DNA of 64,000 nt from Pseudomonadota bacterium (lineage in GTDB: Bacteria; Bdellovibrionota; FAC87; UBA2466), in assembly GCA_043767805.1 (NCBI GenBank), contig JAYUGC010000053.1, forward strand, positions 1 through 64,000, read 5' to 3'. Numbering within the stretch: the first letter of the stretch is position 1; each line of letters begins with the position of its first letter. The translations under genes were made by a program, and so were the position numbers. Below the pieces are notes generated by a model that was given only the letters and a program-made list of their open reading frames with translations, searched no databases and had not been told where the DNA came from. Below are positions 55,570-64,000 of the stretch, piece after piece.

Positions 55570-56954
55570 ATCCTTCTTCCGCGACTTTCTACGTCGTGGG
55601 CTTTCTCTTCGCGAGCGCGGTGCTAGCCGCGGCGGTTGCGCACTCACGGCGGCTTTCTCTTTACCTTTCCGTTTTCGCTTTTGGGACGGCCGAGCTTGCG
55701 CTCGGCTGGCTCGCCGCTGGCAGAGTTGGCAACTGGCTTCCGCCCGTCGACTCCCGCTTTCTGACCCTCTCGGGTTACCGCTTGGATGCGGCTTCGCTCC
55801 TTCTGCTTTTTTGTGCGGCTTCTTATTTACTGGTCCACGCGTTTGCCGAAGATGAGGTGAAACGCGGAAGCTTGGGGCCGCTCTTCCTGCTTGCGGCGGC
55901 CGCGGGAATTTTATGCGCCGCCAGTGAGAACCTCTTAGTCACTTGCTTTGGCCTGGAGCTCGGCGCGCTTGCCGCCCACGGCATCACCGCCTTTCCCTCG
56001 CTCACCCGAGATCGGTTTGAAGCCCTCTGGAAACAGTATGCGTTCCATGGCCTGGGCACGGCTTGCCTACTTTTGGGCAGCGCTCTGTTTTACTCTCAGC
56101 TTGGCACTCTCGCTCTTACCGAAATTAGAGACACCCTTGCCGCCCAGCCGCCTTCGCCTTTCGTCACCGTGGCGTGTGTCTTATTGCTACTGGGCATCGC
56201 GGAGAGGCTCGGCGCGTTTCCCTTTCTCTCTTGGCCCGCCGACGTGACCGAAGGATCGCCATGGGGCGGGGTGTTTCTCGAAACGGCGGGACGCTTTATT
56301 TCGATCTGTGCCCTACTGCCGCTTTTCCTCGAAGCTCTGCTTCCGCTTCGGTCCGCTTGGGTGGGCCCGCTCTTCGTCATTGGCGGAGTCACTCTCGCGT
56401 GGGGCGCGCTAGGTGCGATCACGCAAACGAATCTGAAACGCTTACTCGCCTATTTAGGACAGGCGCACGTCGGGTGGCTACTTCTTTTTGCGGCGGCTTC
56501 CAGCGAACGAGGCAGCCTTGCCGGTCACTTTCTACCTTCAGCTCTCATCTTCGCCCTGGTCGCCCTCGGACTTCGCGCCGGTGTCTGTCTTTTGGAGCGC
56601 GAGGCAAATGACTGCGATATTTATCAGCTCTCGGGACTAGGAGAAACCCATCCCGTGCTCGCTCTGTGGTGGACGTTACTTTGCCTGGCCGGCGCGGGAT
56701 TTCCACCGACCTCCGGGTTTGCCGCGCAAACGGCTTTCTTCCTGGAGCTCGGCTCGACCGGCCACGTACTGCGCCTAATCGCCATCGGCGTGGGTTTATT
56801 GGCCGTGGCCTATTCTTACTTGAGAATGGTCGCTTACCTCTACGGCCGGGAATGCCGGGAGACCATCGCGTTGACCCACCGGGCGGCGCTTCCCATCGCC
56901 TGCGCCTCGGCGTGCGCGATACTGGCGGTAGTGCTCCTCTTTTTCTGGCGCTAA
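55566..56954 (+). CDS. Divergent NuoN-like antiporter-fold protein
   Basis: ATGA overlap; GLEL, EALWK, FPFLSWPADVTEG, QTNLKRLLAY...HVG, AGFPPTSGF. Confidence 0.78.
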   Translation: MNPSSATFYVVGFLFASAVLAAAVAHSRRLSLYLSVFAFGTAELALGWLAAGRVGNWLPPVDSRFLTLSGYRLDAASLLLLFCAASYLLVHAFAEDEVKRGSLGPLFLLAAAAGILCAASENLLVTCFGLELGALAAHGITAFPSLTRDRFEALWKQYAFHGLGTACLLLGSALFYSQLGTLALTEIRDTLAAQPPSPFVTVACVLLLLGIAERLGAFPFLSWPADVTEGSPWGGVFLETAGRFISICALLPLFLEALLPLRSAWVGPLFVIGGVTLAWGALGAITQTNLKRLLAYLGQAHVGWLLLFAAASSERGSLAGHFLPSALIFALVALGLRAGVCLLEREANDCDIYQLSGLGETHPVLALWWTLLCLAGAGFPPTSGFAAQTAFFLELGSTGHVLRLIAIGVGLLAVAYSYLRMVAYLYGRECRETIALTHRAALPIACASACAILAVVLLFFWR

Positions 56955-57270
56955 CGAAAGTCAGAAGGAAGCTTTCCAGTCACTTTGCGAAACGCGTGAA
57001 TGAATTGGGAGAGTGAGGAGTGGCCCACTTCGAGCGCCACGTCCGTCACGGAAGTGTCCCGCTTGTTTAAAAGACGTTTCGCCTTTTCCATCCGGCAGAA
57101 GAGCACCATCTGCTTCGGAGAAAAAGAAAGCTCGTCCAAACAAATCCGGTTGAGGCTTCTGAGGGAGAGGCCAGAGTGCTTCGCGATTTCTTCGACCGAC
57201 AAAGGCTCTTTGAAGTTCGCTTCGATATAATCGACCGCGCGAGTGACACGAGCATCTTTGGCGAGCTCAT
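56951..57270 (-). pseudogene. AraC-family regulator, C-terminal HTH domain only (N-terminal domain missing)
   Basis: RAVDYIEANF..EEIAKHSGLSLRSLNR..SVTDVALEVGHSSLSQF..AFRKVTGKLPSDFR; the upstream frame is the antisense of another gene relic. Confidence 0.65.
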
Positions 57271-57460
57271 GAAGTCGAAATGCTTTGCTCTCGCTCTCCT
57301 TGCTACCACGGCCTGCGCGGCCCAAAAGCCCGCGGTCTACACGTTCGAATCGGACAGGGGGTGGCTTTAACACCAAAAACTATTTCTACGATAACGGAGA
57401 AGAAGTGGTGGCGTTCGATACGCAGTTCACGCCCGAGCTCGCGCGACAATCGATCAAGGT
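57269..57460 (+). pseudogene. Frameshifted, truncated exported-protein relic (probably an MBL-fold hydrolase N-terminus)
   Basis: MKSKCFALALLATTACAAQKPAVYTFESDR, frameshift at G5 (57357-57361), then GGFNTKNYFYDNGEEVVAFDTQFTPELARQSI; ends before any HxHxDH motif. Confidence 0.55.
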
Positions 57461-57473
57461 GAGTGCCCTTTTT

Positions 57474-58457
57474 CTATTCGGAGAAAAGCGCAGTATGGAT
57501 TTTGCCGTCTTGGGTTACATACCCGCGGGGCATACCCGCCACGTTTCGGCTAAACGCCAAGTTACCCTTCGGATCGAGAACGATCGCGCCGCCGTGGCCG
57601 TCCACGGGTTTGAGCTTTTGGAGTATCACGTCGTCGGCAGCCCGCGCGCCCGACCAATGTTTATATTTCATCTGAGCACACACATCGTAAGCGGCCACGA
57701 ACCGAATGAAGAATTCCCCGTGTCCGGTTGTCGAGATGGCGCATAAACCGTTTTCCGCGTATGTGCTGGCTCCGATGATGGGCGTATCGCCAACACGGCC
57801 ATGCTTCTTGTTGACCCGTCCTCCCGTCGAAGTCGCCACGGCGAGATTGCCTTTTGCGTCCAAAGCCACGGCGCCGACCGTGCCTTTCGCGTCTTCAAGA
57901 AGCTTTCCCTCGGCCTCGCCCTGCTTTTTTTGAACTCGCTTTAACTCGTCCAGGCGCCACTGTGTCGAAAAATAGGAAGGCTCCACCAAAGTGAGGCCGA
58001 CTTCTTTGGCTAGCTTTTCCACGGCGTCTCCGGCGAGAAAGGCATGGGAAGTGTGTTCCATTACCGCGCGCGCCGCCGAAATGGGATTTTTCACGGCGGT
58101 CACTCCAGCCACCGAGCCAGAATTTCTCGTCCTGCCATCCATGATGGAAGCTTCTAACTCGTTCTTTCCTTCTTCCGTAAAAACGGCTCCCTTACCGGCG
58201 TTAAACAGAGGATTGTTCTCCATTACGATCACGGCCGCTTCGACCGCGTCCAGGCTTGAGCCCTTGGCTTTGAGCACGGCGTAACCCGCCGCTAGCGCCT
58301 CTGACAGACCTTGGTGATAGATCTTTTCTTTTTCCGGCGGAATTTTCTGATGATCGGCGGTGCCGCCATGGATGGCCAAAATCACCCGGGCCGCCGAATC
58401 CGCGCCGAAGCTGGAGAAGGTGAAGGTTAAAGCCGCGAGGAGAATCTTGGTTGCCAT
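57474..58457 (-). CDS. iaaA: Isoaspartyl peptidase / L-asparaginase (Ntn hydrolase) with a signal peptide
   Basis: AIHGG, FNAGKG, G|TVGAVALD autocleavage Thr, TSTGG, GRVGDTP, TGHGE. Confidence 0.93.
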   Translation of the reverse strand: MATKILLAALTFTFSSFGADSAARVILAIHGGTADHQKIPPEKEKIYHQGLSEALAAGYAVLKAKGSSLDAVEAAVIVMENNPLFNAGKGAVFTEEGKNELEASIMDGRTRNSGSVAGVTAVKNPISAARAVMEHTSHAFLAGDAVEKLAKEVGLTLVEPSYFSTQWRLDELKRVQKKQGEAEGKLLEDAKGTVGAVALDAKGNLAVATSTGGRVNKKHGRVGDTPIIGASTYAENGLCAISTTGHGEFFIRFVAAYDVCAQMKYKHWSGARAADDVILQKLKPVDGHGGAIVLDPKGNLAFSRNVAGMPRGYVTQDGKIHTALFSE

Positions 58458-58511
58458 GCCCTAGGGATACTTTATTGTCGGCGGTAAGGAAAGAACCGGG
58501 GGGAGGTTGTC

Positions 58512-60218
58512 CTGAAGAGCGCGCGTTTCTTATTCACCGCGATATGGTTCGTGTCGGCAGCGGCGTGGGCCAATGCGGATAGCGATCTCAAATTCACGAA
58601 ATTTATCGACGCCTACTACGACGCGTACTTCCATTGGAACCCGTCTTATGCAACGTGGGCCGGGTTTCATGCTTATGACGGCGAAATGTCGGACTGTAGT
58701 AGGAGCGGGGTAACCCGGCGCGTCCGCGCCTTGAACGGATTTCTTGCCCAGCTAAAAGGTTTTGACGAAGCCACTTTGTCTAAAGACAACTCGCTGGATC
58801 GGCGGCTGCTCGTGTCGGAGATACACGCGGAAAAGCTAAGCCTCGAAACGCTTAGATACTGGCAAACCGATCCCGACGGTTACTCGAGTGAGGTCAACCA
58901 CGCCGTCTATTTGCTCATCAATCGCGATTTCTCCCCCATCGAAGCTCGTTTGCGCTCGATCGTTTCAGTGGAAAAAAAGGCGCTTCGGCAATTTTCTTGC
59001 GCCCGTGCCAATCTCAAGAACCCGCCCAAGATTTTCACTGAAATAGCCATCGAGCAGATACCTAGCATCGTCCGCTTTTTCGAGAGAGACGTCCCCTTGG
59101 CCGTTTCGGGGTCAAAGGACCAGAAACTCAATACGGAGTTCAAACGCGCGAACCAAGCCGTCATCGGAGCACTTCAGCGCTACCAAATCTTTTTGAAAAA
59201 TGAGGTGCTACCAAGATCTAAAGGCGACTATCGGCTAGGCGAAAAGAACCTCCGCGCTAAACTGAAATTTCAAGATATGATCGAGACACCGCTAGATGAG
59301 CTCTTAAAAATTGGCATGGAGGACTTAAGAAAAAATCAGACGGAATTCGCCGCGGTCGGCAAAAGAATCGACCCCACAAAGTCCACCGCGGAAATTCTGG
59401 AGTCCTTGGAATCCGATCATCCGACGTCGGAAAAGCTTTTGGACAGCGTCCGCTTGGTTTTGGGCGACATCCGAAAGTTTATATTGAGCCACGACATCAT
59501 CACGCTTCCCTCGGACAAAGATCCCATCGTGCAGGAAACCCCGCCTTTCAAGCGAGCTTCCACGTTTGCCTCCATGAACACGCCCGGCCCCTTCGAAACC
59601 CACGGCACCGAGGCGTATTATAACGTGACTCTCCCCGACCCCTCCTGGACGAAAGAGCATACGGAGCAGCATCTCAGGGGCTTTAACCGTGGCACCATCG
59701 TCAGCACCTCGATTCACGAGGCGCTTCCTGGCCATTACACGCAGTTTCTTTGGTTCAAGAAGGCGCCGAGCAAAGTAAGGAAGTTCTTTGGAGCGAAATC
59801 CAACAAGGAGGGCTGGGCTCATTACACCGAAGAAATGATGCTCGACGAAGGATTCGGTAACGGCGATCTCCAATTGAAATTGGGCCAGCTTCAGGACGCC
59901 CTTCTTAGAAACGCTCGTTTCATCGTCGCCATTCAGCTGCATACCGGCAAGATGACTTTCGAGGAAAGCGTTCGCTTCTTTGAGCAGGAGGGGTATCAGA
60001 CCCGCGCCAATGCCGAGCTCGAGGTAAAGCGCGGAACCTCGGACGCAACCTATCTCGTCTACACCTTGGGGAAGCTTCAGGTGAAAGAGTTGAAGGAAGC
60101 CTATAAACGCGCCAAAGGCAGGCATTTCCGCCTGAAGAGTTTTCACGACGAGTTCGTGAAACAGGGCGCGATTCCGATTCCGATGATTCGAGAGATTATG
60201 CTTTCAGGCAGCCACTAG
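58512..60218 (+). CDS. DUF885 family exported protein (metallopeptidase-like); probable CTG start
   Basis: HEALPGHY, EGWAHYTE, DATYLVYTLGK, FHD. GGAGG precedes CTG 58512, which gives a full signal peptide. Confidence 0.88.
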   Translation: MKSARFLFTAIWFVSAAAWANADSDLKFTKFIDAYYDAYFHWNPSYATWAGFHAYDGEMSDCSRSGVTRRVRALNGFLAQLKGFDEATLSKDNSLDRRLLVSEIHAEKLSLETLRYWQTDPDGYSSEVNHAVYLLINRDFSPIEARLRSIVSVEKKALRQFSCARANLKNPPKIFTEIAIEQIPSIVRFFERDVPLAVSGSKDQKLNTEFKRANQAVIGALQRYQIFLKNEVLPRSKGDYRLGEKNLRAKLKFQDMIETPLDELLKIGMEDLRKNQTEFAAVGKRIDPTKSTAEILESLESDHPTSEKLLDSVRLVLGDIRKFILSHDIITLPSDKDPIVQETPPFKRASTFASMNTPGPFETHGTEAYYNVTLPDPSWTKEHTEQHLRGFNRGTIVSTSIHEALPGHYTQFLWFKKAPSKVRKFFGAKSNKEGWAHYTEEMMLDEGFGNGDLQLKLGQLQDALLRNARFIVAIQLHTGKMTFEESVRFFEQEGYQTRANAELEVKRGTSDATYLVYTLGKLQVKELKEAYKRAKGRHFRLKSFHDEFVKQGAIPIPMIREIMLSGSH

Positions 60219-60857
60219 GCTCATCTTCTCGGCGAGGCCGGCGCGATAGAAGTGCCGGATGCGGCGGAGCGCTTCCGCGCGCGTCTCGGGACGGCAGAGG
60301 TCTTCGCGGAGCTTCTTCAGGAACTGGCGAGCGGATTGATTGGCCTCGCGGTAGCGGTCCTGCTCATGGGAGTCCAATCCTTCGACCAAACGGAACGCCT
60401 CGAACGCCTGACGAAACGCCAGATCGAAAGCCTCTATCTCCCGGCCTTTGCCGGTCGAGGCGAAGAAGGCGAGAAGAAACGCGTCCACTTCTCCTTGTAG
60501 TTCCATTTCGAACCGGGAAATTTCACGCCCGGAATGCACGTTGCGAAGGAGGTAATTGAAGTGGCTAACTTCTTCGGAAGCCACGGCGAACGCTTGCTTC
60601 TGAGGCAAAGTGAGTCTCTCCATTTCCCAGCGGCGAAACGAGCCGAGCTCGCGCGCGACCTTGGGATGAAAGTAGATGCCGACCGCCACCCCTTCGCTTT
60701 GCGCGTCTCGTTCCTCACGTACGTAAAGCGCGCCAGCCGGGTCGGGCTGACCCACCGGCTCAGGCTCGCGGACGATGAAGTCCTCGGCCTTATGATCGTG
60801 CTCGACGTTGTTTAACGTCTTGATCGCCCGATCGATGCGGCGGATGGCCGTCTTCAC
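60204..60857 (-). CDS. Conserved-looking hypothetical protein (EEVSHF / ELQGEVD motifs)
   Basis: 217-aa ORF co-oriented 7 nt downstream of 60865..61470. Confidence 0.72.
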   Translation of the reverse strand: MKTAIRRIDRAIKTLNNVEHDHKAEDFIVREPEPVGQPDPAGALYVREERDAQSEGVAVGIYFHPKVARELGSFRRWEMERLTLPQKQAFAVASEEVSHFNYLLRNVHSGREISRFEMELQGEVDAFLLAFFASTGKGREIEAFDLAFRQAFEAFRLVEGLDSHEQDRYREANQSARQFLKKLREDLCRPETRAEALRRIRHFYRAGLAEKMSLVAA

Positions 60858-60864
60858 GTTTACC

Positions 60865-61470
60865 TCATTGGGAAATTTTGAACACTTTGCCGTCGGTGGC
60901 GAGAATGCCTTTTTCCACCAGACGCGCTTTCAAGCGATCGTCTCCCGTGGTGAGCCAACGCTCGTAGAGCTGCAAGAGATCCGTGTTTCTTTGCAACCCG
61001 TGCGCATCGCTCAGCTCGGACAAGATGTTCGAGTAGTCTTTGAATTTCGTCGCAAGCTCCGAGAAAAGAGTCTTGGCGATTTTCGAAAACTGCATGGAAG
61101 AGAGTGTGCTGTAAGCCGCGCCTCCCATTCCGAAGTAGTACTCAGTTCCGACGAGTTTCTTCCGTAAGCTTTCCGGAAACACGCCGGTAATGAGCAGGCA
61201 GATGTCGCCCAGGCGTTTTAAGGCGAAGTGCCGGGTCTCGCTATCGCCTTCCAGGTACTTGGCGTACAAGGTGGCCAGAACGTTGTCTTGCAACTTTCCG
61301 TCGGGAGTTTGTTCGAAGAAATTATCGGAGCGCATGTAGCGGACGAGGAGGTCCACCAGGTAATCAAAGGATTGATCCGCGCTTACCTTGCGTTTGGAAA
61401 GAACCGAACGCAGCTCAGCCGCGAAGTAATCGCGAGCATCAGAGACCGAACTCGACCTGACTCGGAGCAT
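60865..61470 (-). CDS. Conserved-looking hypothetical protein
   Basis: GGAGG RBS; YLVDLL, LKRLGD..L...G.FPESL, YYFGMGGAAY, LYERW motifs. Confidence 0.78.
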   Translation of the reverse strand: MLRVRSSSVSDARDYFAAELRSVLSKRKVSADQSFDYLVDLLVRYMRSDNFFEQTPDGKLQDNVLATLYAKYLEGDSETRHFALKRLGDICLLITGVFPESLRKKLVGTEYYFGMGGAAYSTLSSMQFSKIAKTLFSELATKFKDYSNILSELSDAHGLQRNTDLLQLYERWLTTGDDRLKARLVEKGILATDGKVFKISQ

Positions 61471-61535
61471 ATAACCTCCATTAAAAACCGGGTGGTTACG
61501 AGCTACGGCAATTCGCTTCAGCTACTACTTTAGGG

Positions 61536-61587
61536 CCCCCTACCTCTACGTTGGGCTAGGGTGGTGAAAACCACCCCCTACATCTAC
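61536..61587. repeat. 14-bp direct repeat flanking a hairpin in a divergent promoter region
   Basis: CCCCCTACCTCTAC (61536) and CCCCCTACATCTAC (61574); GGGTGGT-GAAA-ACCACCC between them. Confidence 0.6.
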
Positions 61588-61737
61588 ATTTTACCCTATT
61601 TTTATGGGGTCCTGCCTAGTGTGTATCGGCGAGCTTGACACAAAGCTTCAAGGAATTCGACGCTTTGAGTTAACGCCTTGAAATCTAAAGAGCATTTTGG
61701 GGTTGTTGCCAACCACTGGGTAGGGTATAGGTCGCCC

Positions 61738-62559
61738 ATGCGCCGTGCGTTTTGGGCCTTTTTGCTGGTTTTGAGTGCCCCCTCGGCGCATGCCCTAAAA
61801 GTAGCTTCCACAAGCCCCCAGGTCACCGAGCTCATCTTTGACTTGGATAAAGGGAGCGATTTGGTCGCGGTCAGCGCCTTTAGTCAGTACCCGAAAGAAG
61901 CGGCCGCGTTGCCCGTCTTGGGAAGCCTGTTTTTTCCGAGCATCGAGCGCGCCGTGCAACTCGGCGCCGAGATCGTCGCCTTCGATGAGATGAACGCGAG
62001 CTCTAGTTTCTCCCAAGCGGTCGAAGCCATGGGCATGAAACGGTTCGAGTTTGAAATGACCGGCGTGGAAGCCCTCGTCACCGATTCGCGGCGCTTTCTT
62101 CAAGGTGCTTACGGGCAAGCAAGCCACCCACGCGTGGACAAAGTGTTTCCCTGCGTCACCGCGTATCATCCCAAACGTTCTTTTCGGTTTCTCGCGCTCA
62201 CTTGGTTTCAGCCTCCCATTGCGTTCGGAGAAAAAACGTTTCTTTCCGATGTCCTCACTCGTCTTGGAGGCACCAATCTCTTGGCCAATTTGAGCCGCGC
62301 TCAGTTTCCGCGCCTTTCCTTGGAATGGATCCTCAATCAAAAAGTGGATTACGTTTTCTTCCTGACTCAATTTCCGGAAACGCTGAAAGAAGCGCACTCG
62401 GCGGTCTCGCACTGGTGGCCCACGCAAACGCCCCTGCTCGTTGCGCTAAACGCCGACGATTTTGCTCGAGGCGGCTTCACGCCGCTTCGCCAGGCAGACA
62501 CCTTGCCCATGGTGGAGCCGAAAACCGGGTGGAAGGAATGCCTTGAAAGCGGACAGTAA
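61738..62559 (+). CDS. BtuF/FecB-type ABC substrate-binding protein
   Basis: Signal ending AHA; VASTSPQVTELIF.L, YP.EAA.LP..G, SIE, FPRLSLEWIL. Confidence 0.82.
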   Translation: MRRAFWAFLLVLSAPSAHALKVASTSPQVTELIFDLDKGSDLVAVSAFSQYPKEAAALPVLGSLFFPSIERAVQLGAEIVAFDEMNASSSFSQAVEAMGMKRFEFEMTGVEALVTDSRRFLQGAYGQASHPRVDKVFPCVTAYHPKRSFRFLALTWFQPPIAFGEKTFLSDVLTRLGGTNLLANLSRAQFPRLSLEWILNQKVDYVFFLTQFPETLKEAHSAVSHWWPTQTPLLVALNADDFARGGFTPLRQADTLPMVEPKTGWKECLESGQ

Positions 62560-63502
62560 ATTTTGGTTCGTCGTTGGCTGCGTGGGCGTTTTGCTCGCGG
62601 CTCCTTTCTTTGGCTCGGACGCTTTGTCACTCTCGTCCGTATTGGATCCCGCGAGCACCGCGCACCGGATTTTCTTCGAGCTACGGCTACCTCGGCTTCT
62701 CGCGGTGATCACCGCGGGAGCCGCGCTCTCCGTCCTTGGAGGCACCTACCAGACGCTCTTTCATAATCCTCTCGCCGAGCCTTATCTATTGGGCGTTTCC
62801 AACGCCGTGACCCTCGGTCTTGCGGGCGCCGAAATTCTCTTCGGCTTTGGGCCGCAATCTTTCGCGAGCCACCTCGCCGGCTTTCTGGGAGCCGCTCTGG
62901 TCACCGGAATCATCTTGCTGCTCCATCGCTACCGCCCCAAAGCGGAGATCATTCTCTTTGGCATGGGAACGCAGTTCGTTCTCTCCTCGGTTTTGTTTCT
63001 GATCCTCTCATTCCATTCGCAAACCGCGGGGGGCGGAAGCCTGCGCTGGCTCTTCGGACAAATTCCCTGGCCTTCTTTGACGGAATCGCTTCTTTTTGCT
63101 GGCGTGAGCGCGGTCTTACTTCTTGGTTTAATCGTCGGCGGCCGTTCCCTCGATGCGCTCTCCTTGGGAGACTCGGTAGCGCGCACCCTCGGCGTATCAC
63201 CAGAGAAATCTAGATCTCGGCTGCTTCTGCTATCTTCCGCGCTCATCGCCGTGGTCGTTTCTTTTGGCGGCGCCATTGGTTTTGTGGGACTCGTCGTTCC
63301 TCACGTCGTGCGCCTGGTGCTTCGCCCGGACAGCACGCGAAAATTATTTCTCGCGTCCGCCCTTCTCGGCGGATCGTTTCTCGCGCTTTCCGACGTCTTC
63401 TCGCGCGCCCTGCTTCCGCCCATGGAGTTTCCCATTGGCGTCATCACGACCGTCATCGGTGGTCCCCTCTTCTTGGTTCTCCTGGGAAGGAGGAGCGCGT
63501 GA
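62543..63502 (+). CDS. FecCD/BtuC-family ABC permease
   Basis: LRLPR, Q.LFHNPLAEPYLLGVS, LG...ARTLGV, IGFVGLVVPH, PIGVIT..IGGP.F; TTG start after AAGGA. Confidence 0.92.
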   Translation: MKADSKFWFVVGCVGVLLAAPFFGSDALSLSSVLDPASTAHRIFFELRLPRLLAVITAGAALSVLGGTYQTLFHNPLAEPYLLGVSNAVTLGLAGAEILFGFGPQSFASHLAGFLGAALVTGIILLLHRYRPKAEIILFGMGTQFVLSSVLFLILSFHSQTAGGGSLRWLFGQIPWPSLTESLLFAGVSAVLLLGLIVGGRSLDALSLGDSVARTLGVSPEKSRSRLLLLSSALIAVVVSFGGAIGFVGLVVPHVVRLVLRPDSTRKLFLASALLGGSFLALSDVFSRALLPPMEFPIGVITTVIGGPLFLVLLGRRSA

Positions 63503-64000
63503 GCCATTTTTCCGAAGCCAAATCACTCAGGCTCGGCGCGGGAGACTGGCGGCTCACGCCGGAGCCTCTTTCCTTTCAGTTACCCACTGGAAAAATTACG
63601 GCGCTCGTCGGTAGAAACGGCGCCGGTAAGACGACGCTACTCAAAGCCTTGCTCGGAGAGCCCGTCATTCAGTCCGGCTACTTAAGTCTTGCCGGACTCG
63701 ATGCCAAAACCGCCTCTTATGCGGATAGAGCCCGCACCATCGCCTTTGTCCCGCAGGAGCACGAGTTTCCCGGACAAGCCACAGTCTACACCATCTTGAA
63801 AATCGCTTTCCTTCCGCGCATGGGCCTCTGGGGAAAGTTACCCGAAGGCGCGGGGTCCGAAATCGAGCGCGCCTTGGACGCTTTCGGTCTTTCCTCCCTC
63901 AAAGAGCGACGTCTCAGCAGTTTAAGCACCGGCGAAAGGCAGCGCGCCTTCCTCGCGAGAGCCTTATTGCAGAAACCAAAGGTCCTCATTCTCGATGAGC
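63499..64000 (+). CDS. ABC importer ATP-binding protein (BtuD/FecE-like), 3'-partial
   Basis: Translated by hand from GTG 63499: GRNGAGKT, FVPQE, LSTGERQR, ILDE at the window edge; absent from the ORF track. Confidence 0.9.
   Translation, partial: MSHFSEAKSLRLGAGDWRLTPEPLSFQLPTGKITALVGRNGAGKTTLLKALLGEPVIQSGYLSLAGLDAKTASYADRARTIAFVPQEHEFPGQATVYTILKIAFLPRMGLWGKLPEGAGSEIERALDAFGLSSLKERRLSSLSTGERQRAFLARALLQKPKVLILDE

Noticed and set aside
61471..61737. Cobalamin riboswitch upstream of the Btu/Fec-type ABC importer
   Set aside because: Only an isolated CCACTG is present; the other conserved B12-element segments were not found, so the substrate (B12 versus iron complex) stays open.
1..64000. CRISPR array, rRNA, IS transposase or prophage
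   Set aside because: No regularly spaced repeats, rRNA-like segments, transposase motifs or phage structural genes were seen.

Overview
64-kb bacterial chromosome segment of moderately high GC. It most likely comes from a Bdellovibrionota/Oligoflexia-like deltaproteobacterial lineage (inferred from a TIGR02147/DUF4423-type HTH gene beside a 'GGGD' secreted protein, sigma54-type promoters on exported-protein genes, and a split nuo locus). Left ~16 kb: an accessory glycan-modification cluster running off the left edge and ending at the 3' side of tRNA-Leu(CAG). It holds about 9 glycosyltransferases, a sulfotransferase, methyltransferases, an ABC-2 exporter, a nucleotidyltransferase, an S26-peptidase/methyltransferase fusion and a PqqD/RRE protein with a leader-like tail. 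Housekeeping genes: tmk-holB-metG-tatD, dusB, xerC/D-like recombinase, rfaE2, mfd, gpsA, a membrane-arm-only nuoA-H-J-K-L-M-N operon, iaaA and a Btu/Fec-type ABC importer. Best candidates for undescribed systems: (1) 25.2-30.5 kb, a divergent module of a lipoprotein with kinase-fold motifs, a POTRA-less Omp85 barrel, a PAP2 phosphatase and an NTT ATP/ADP translocase, suggesting an extracytoplasmic phosphorylation circuit with its own ATP supply; (2) 52.5-57.0 kb, a second, intact, translationally coupled JK/L/M/N-like operon in which nearly all proton-pumping charged residues are substituted; (3) the RRE/peptidase/glycosyltransferase cluster. Several gene relics, two probable non-canonical starts and shared palindromic motifs are also visible. 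All calls come from reading motifs by eye; no database searches were run.
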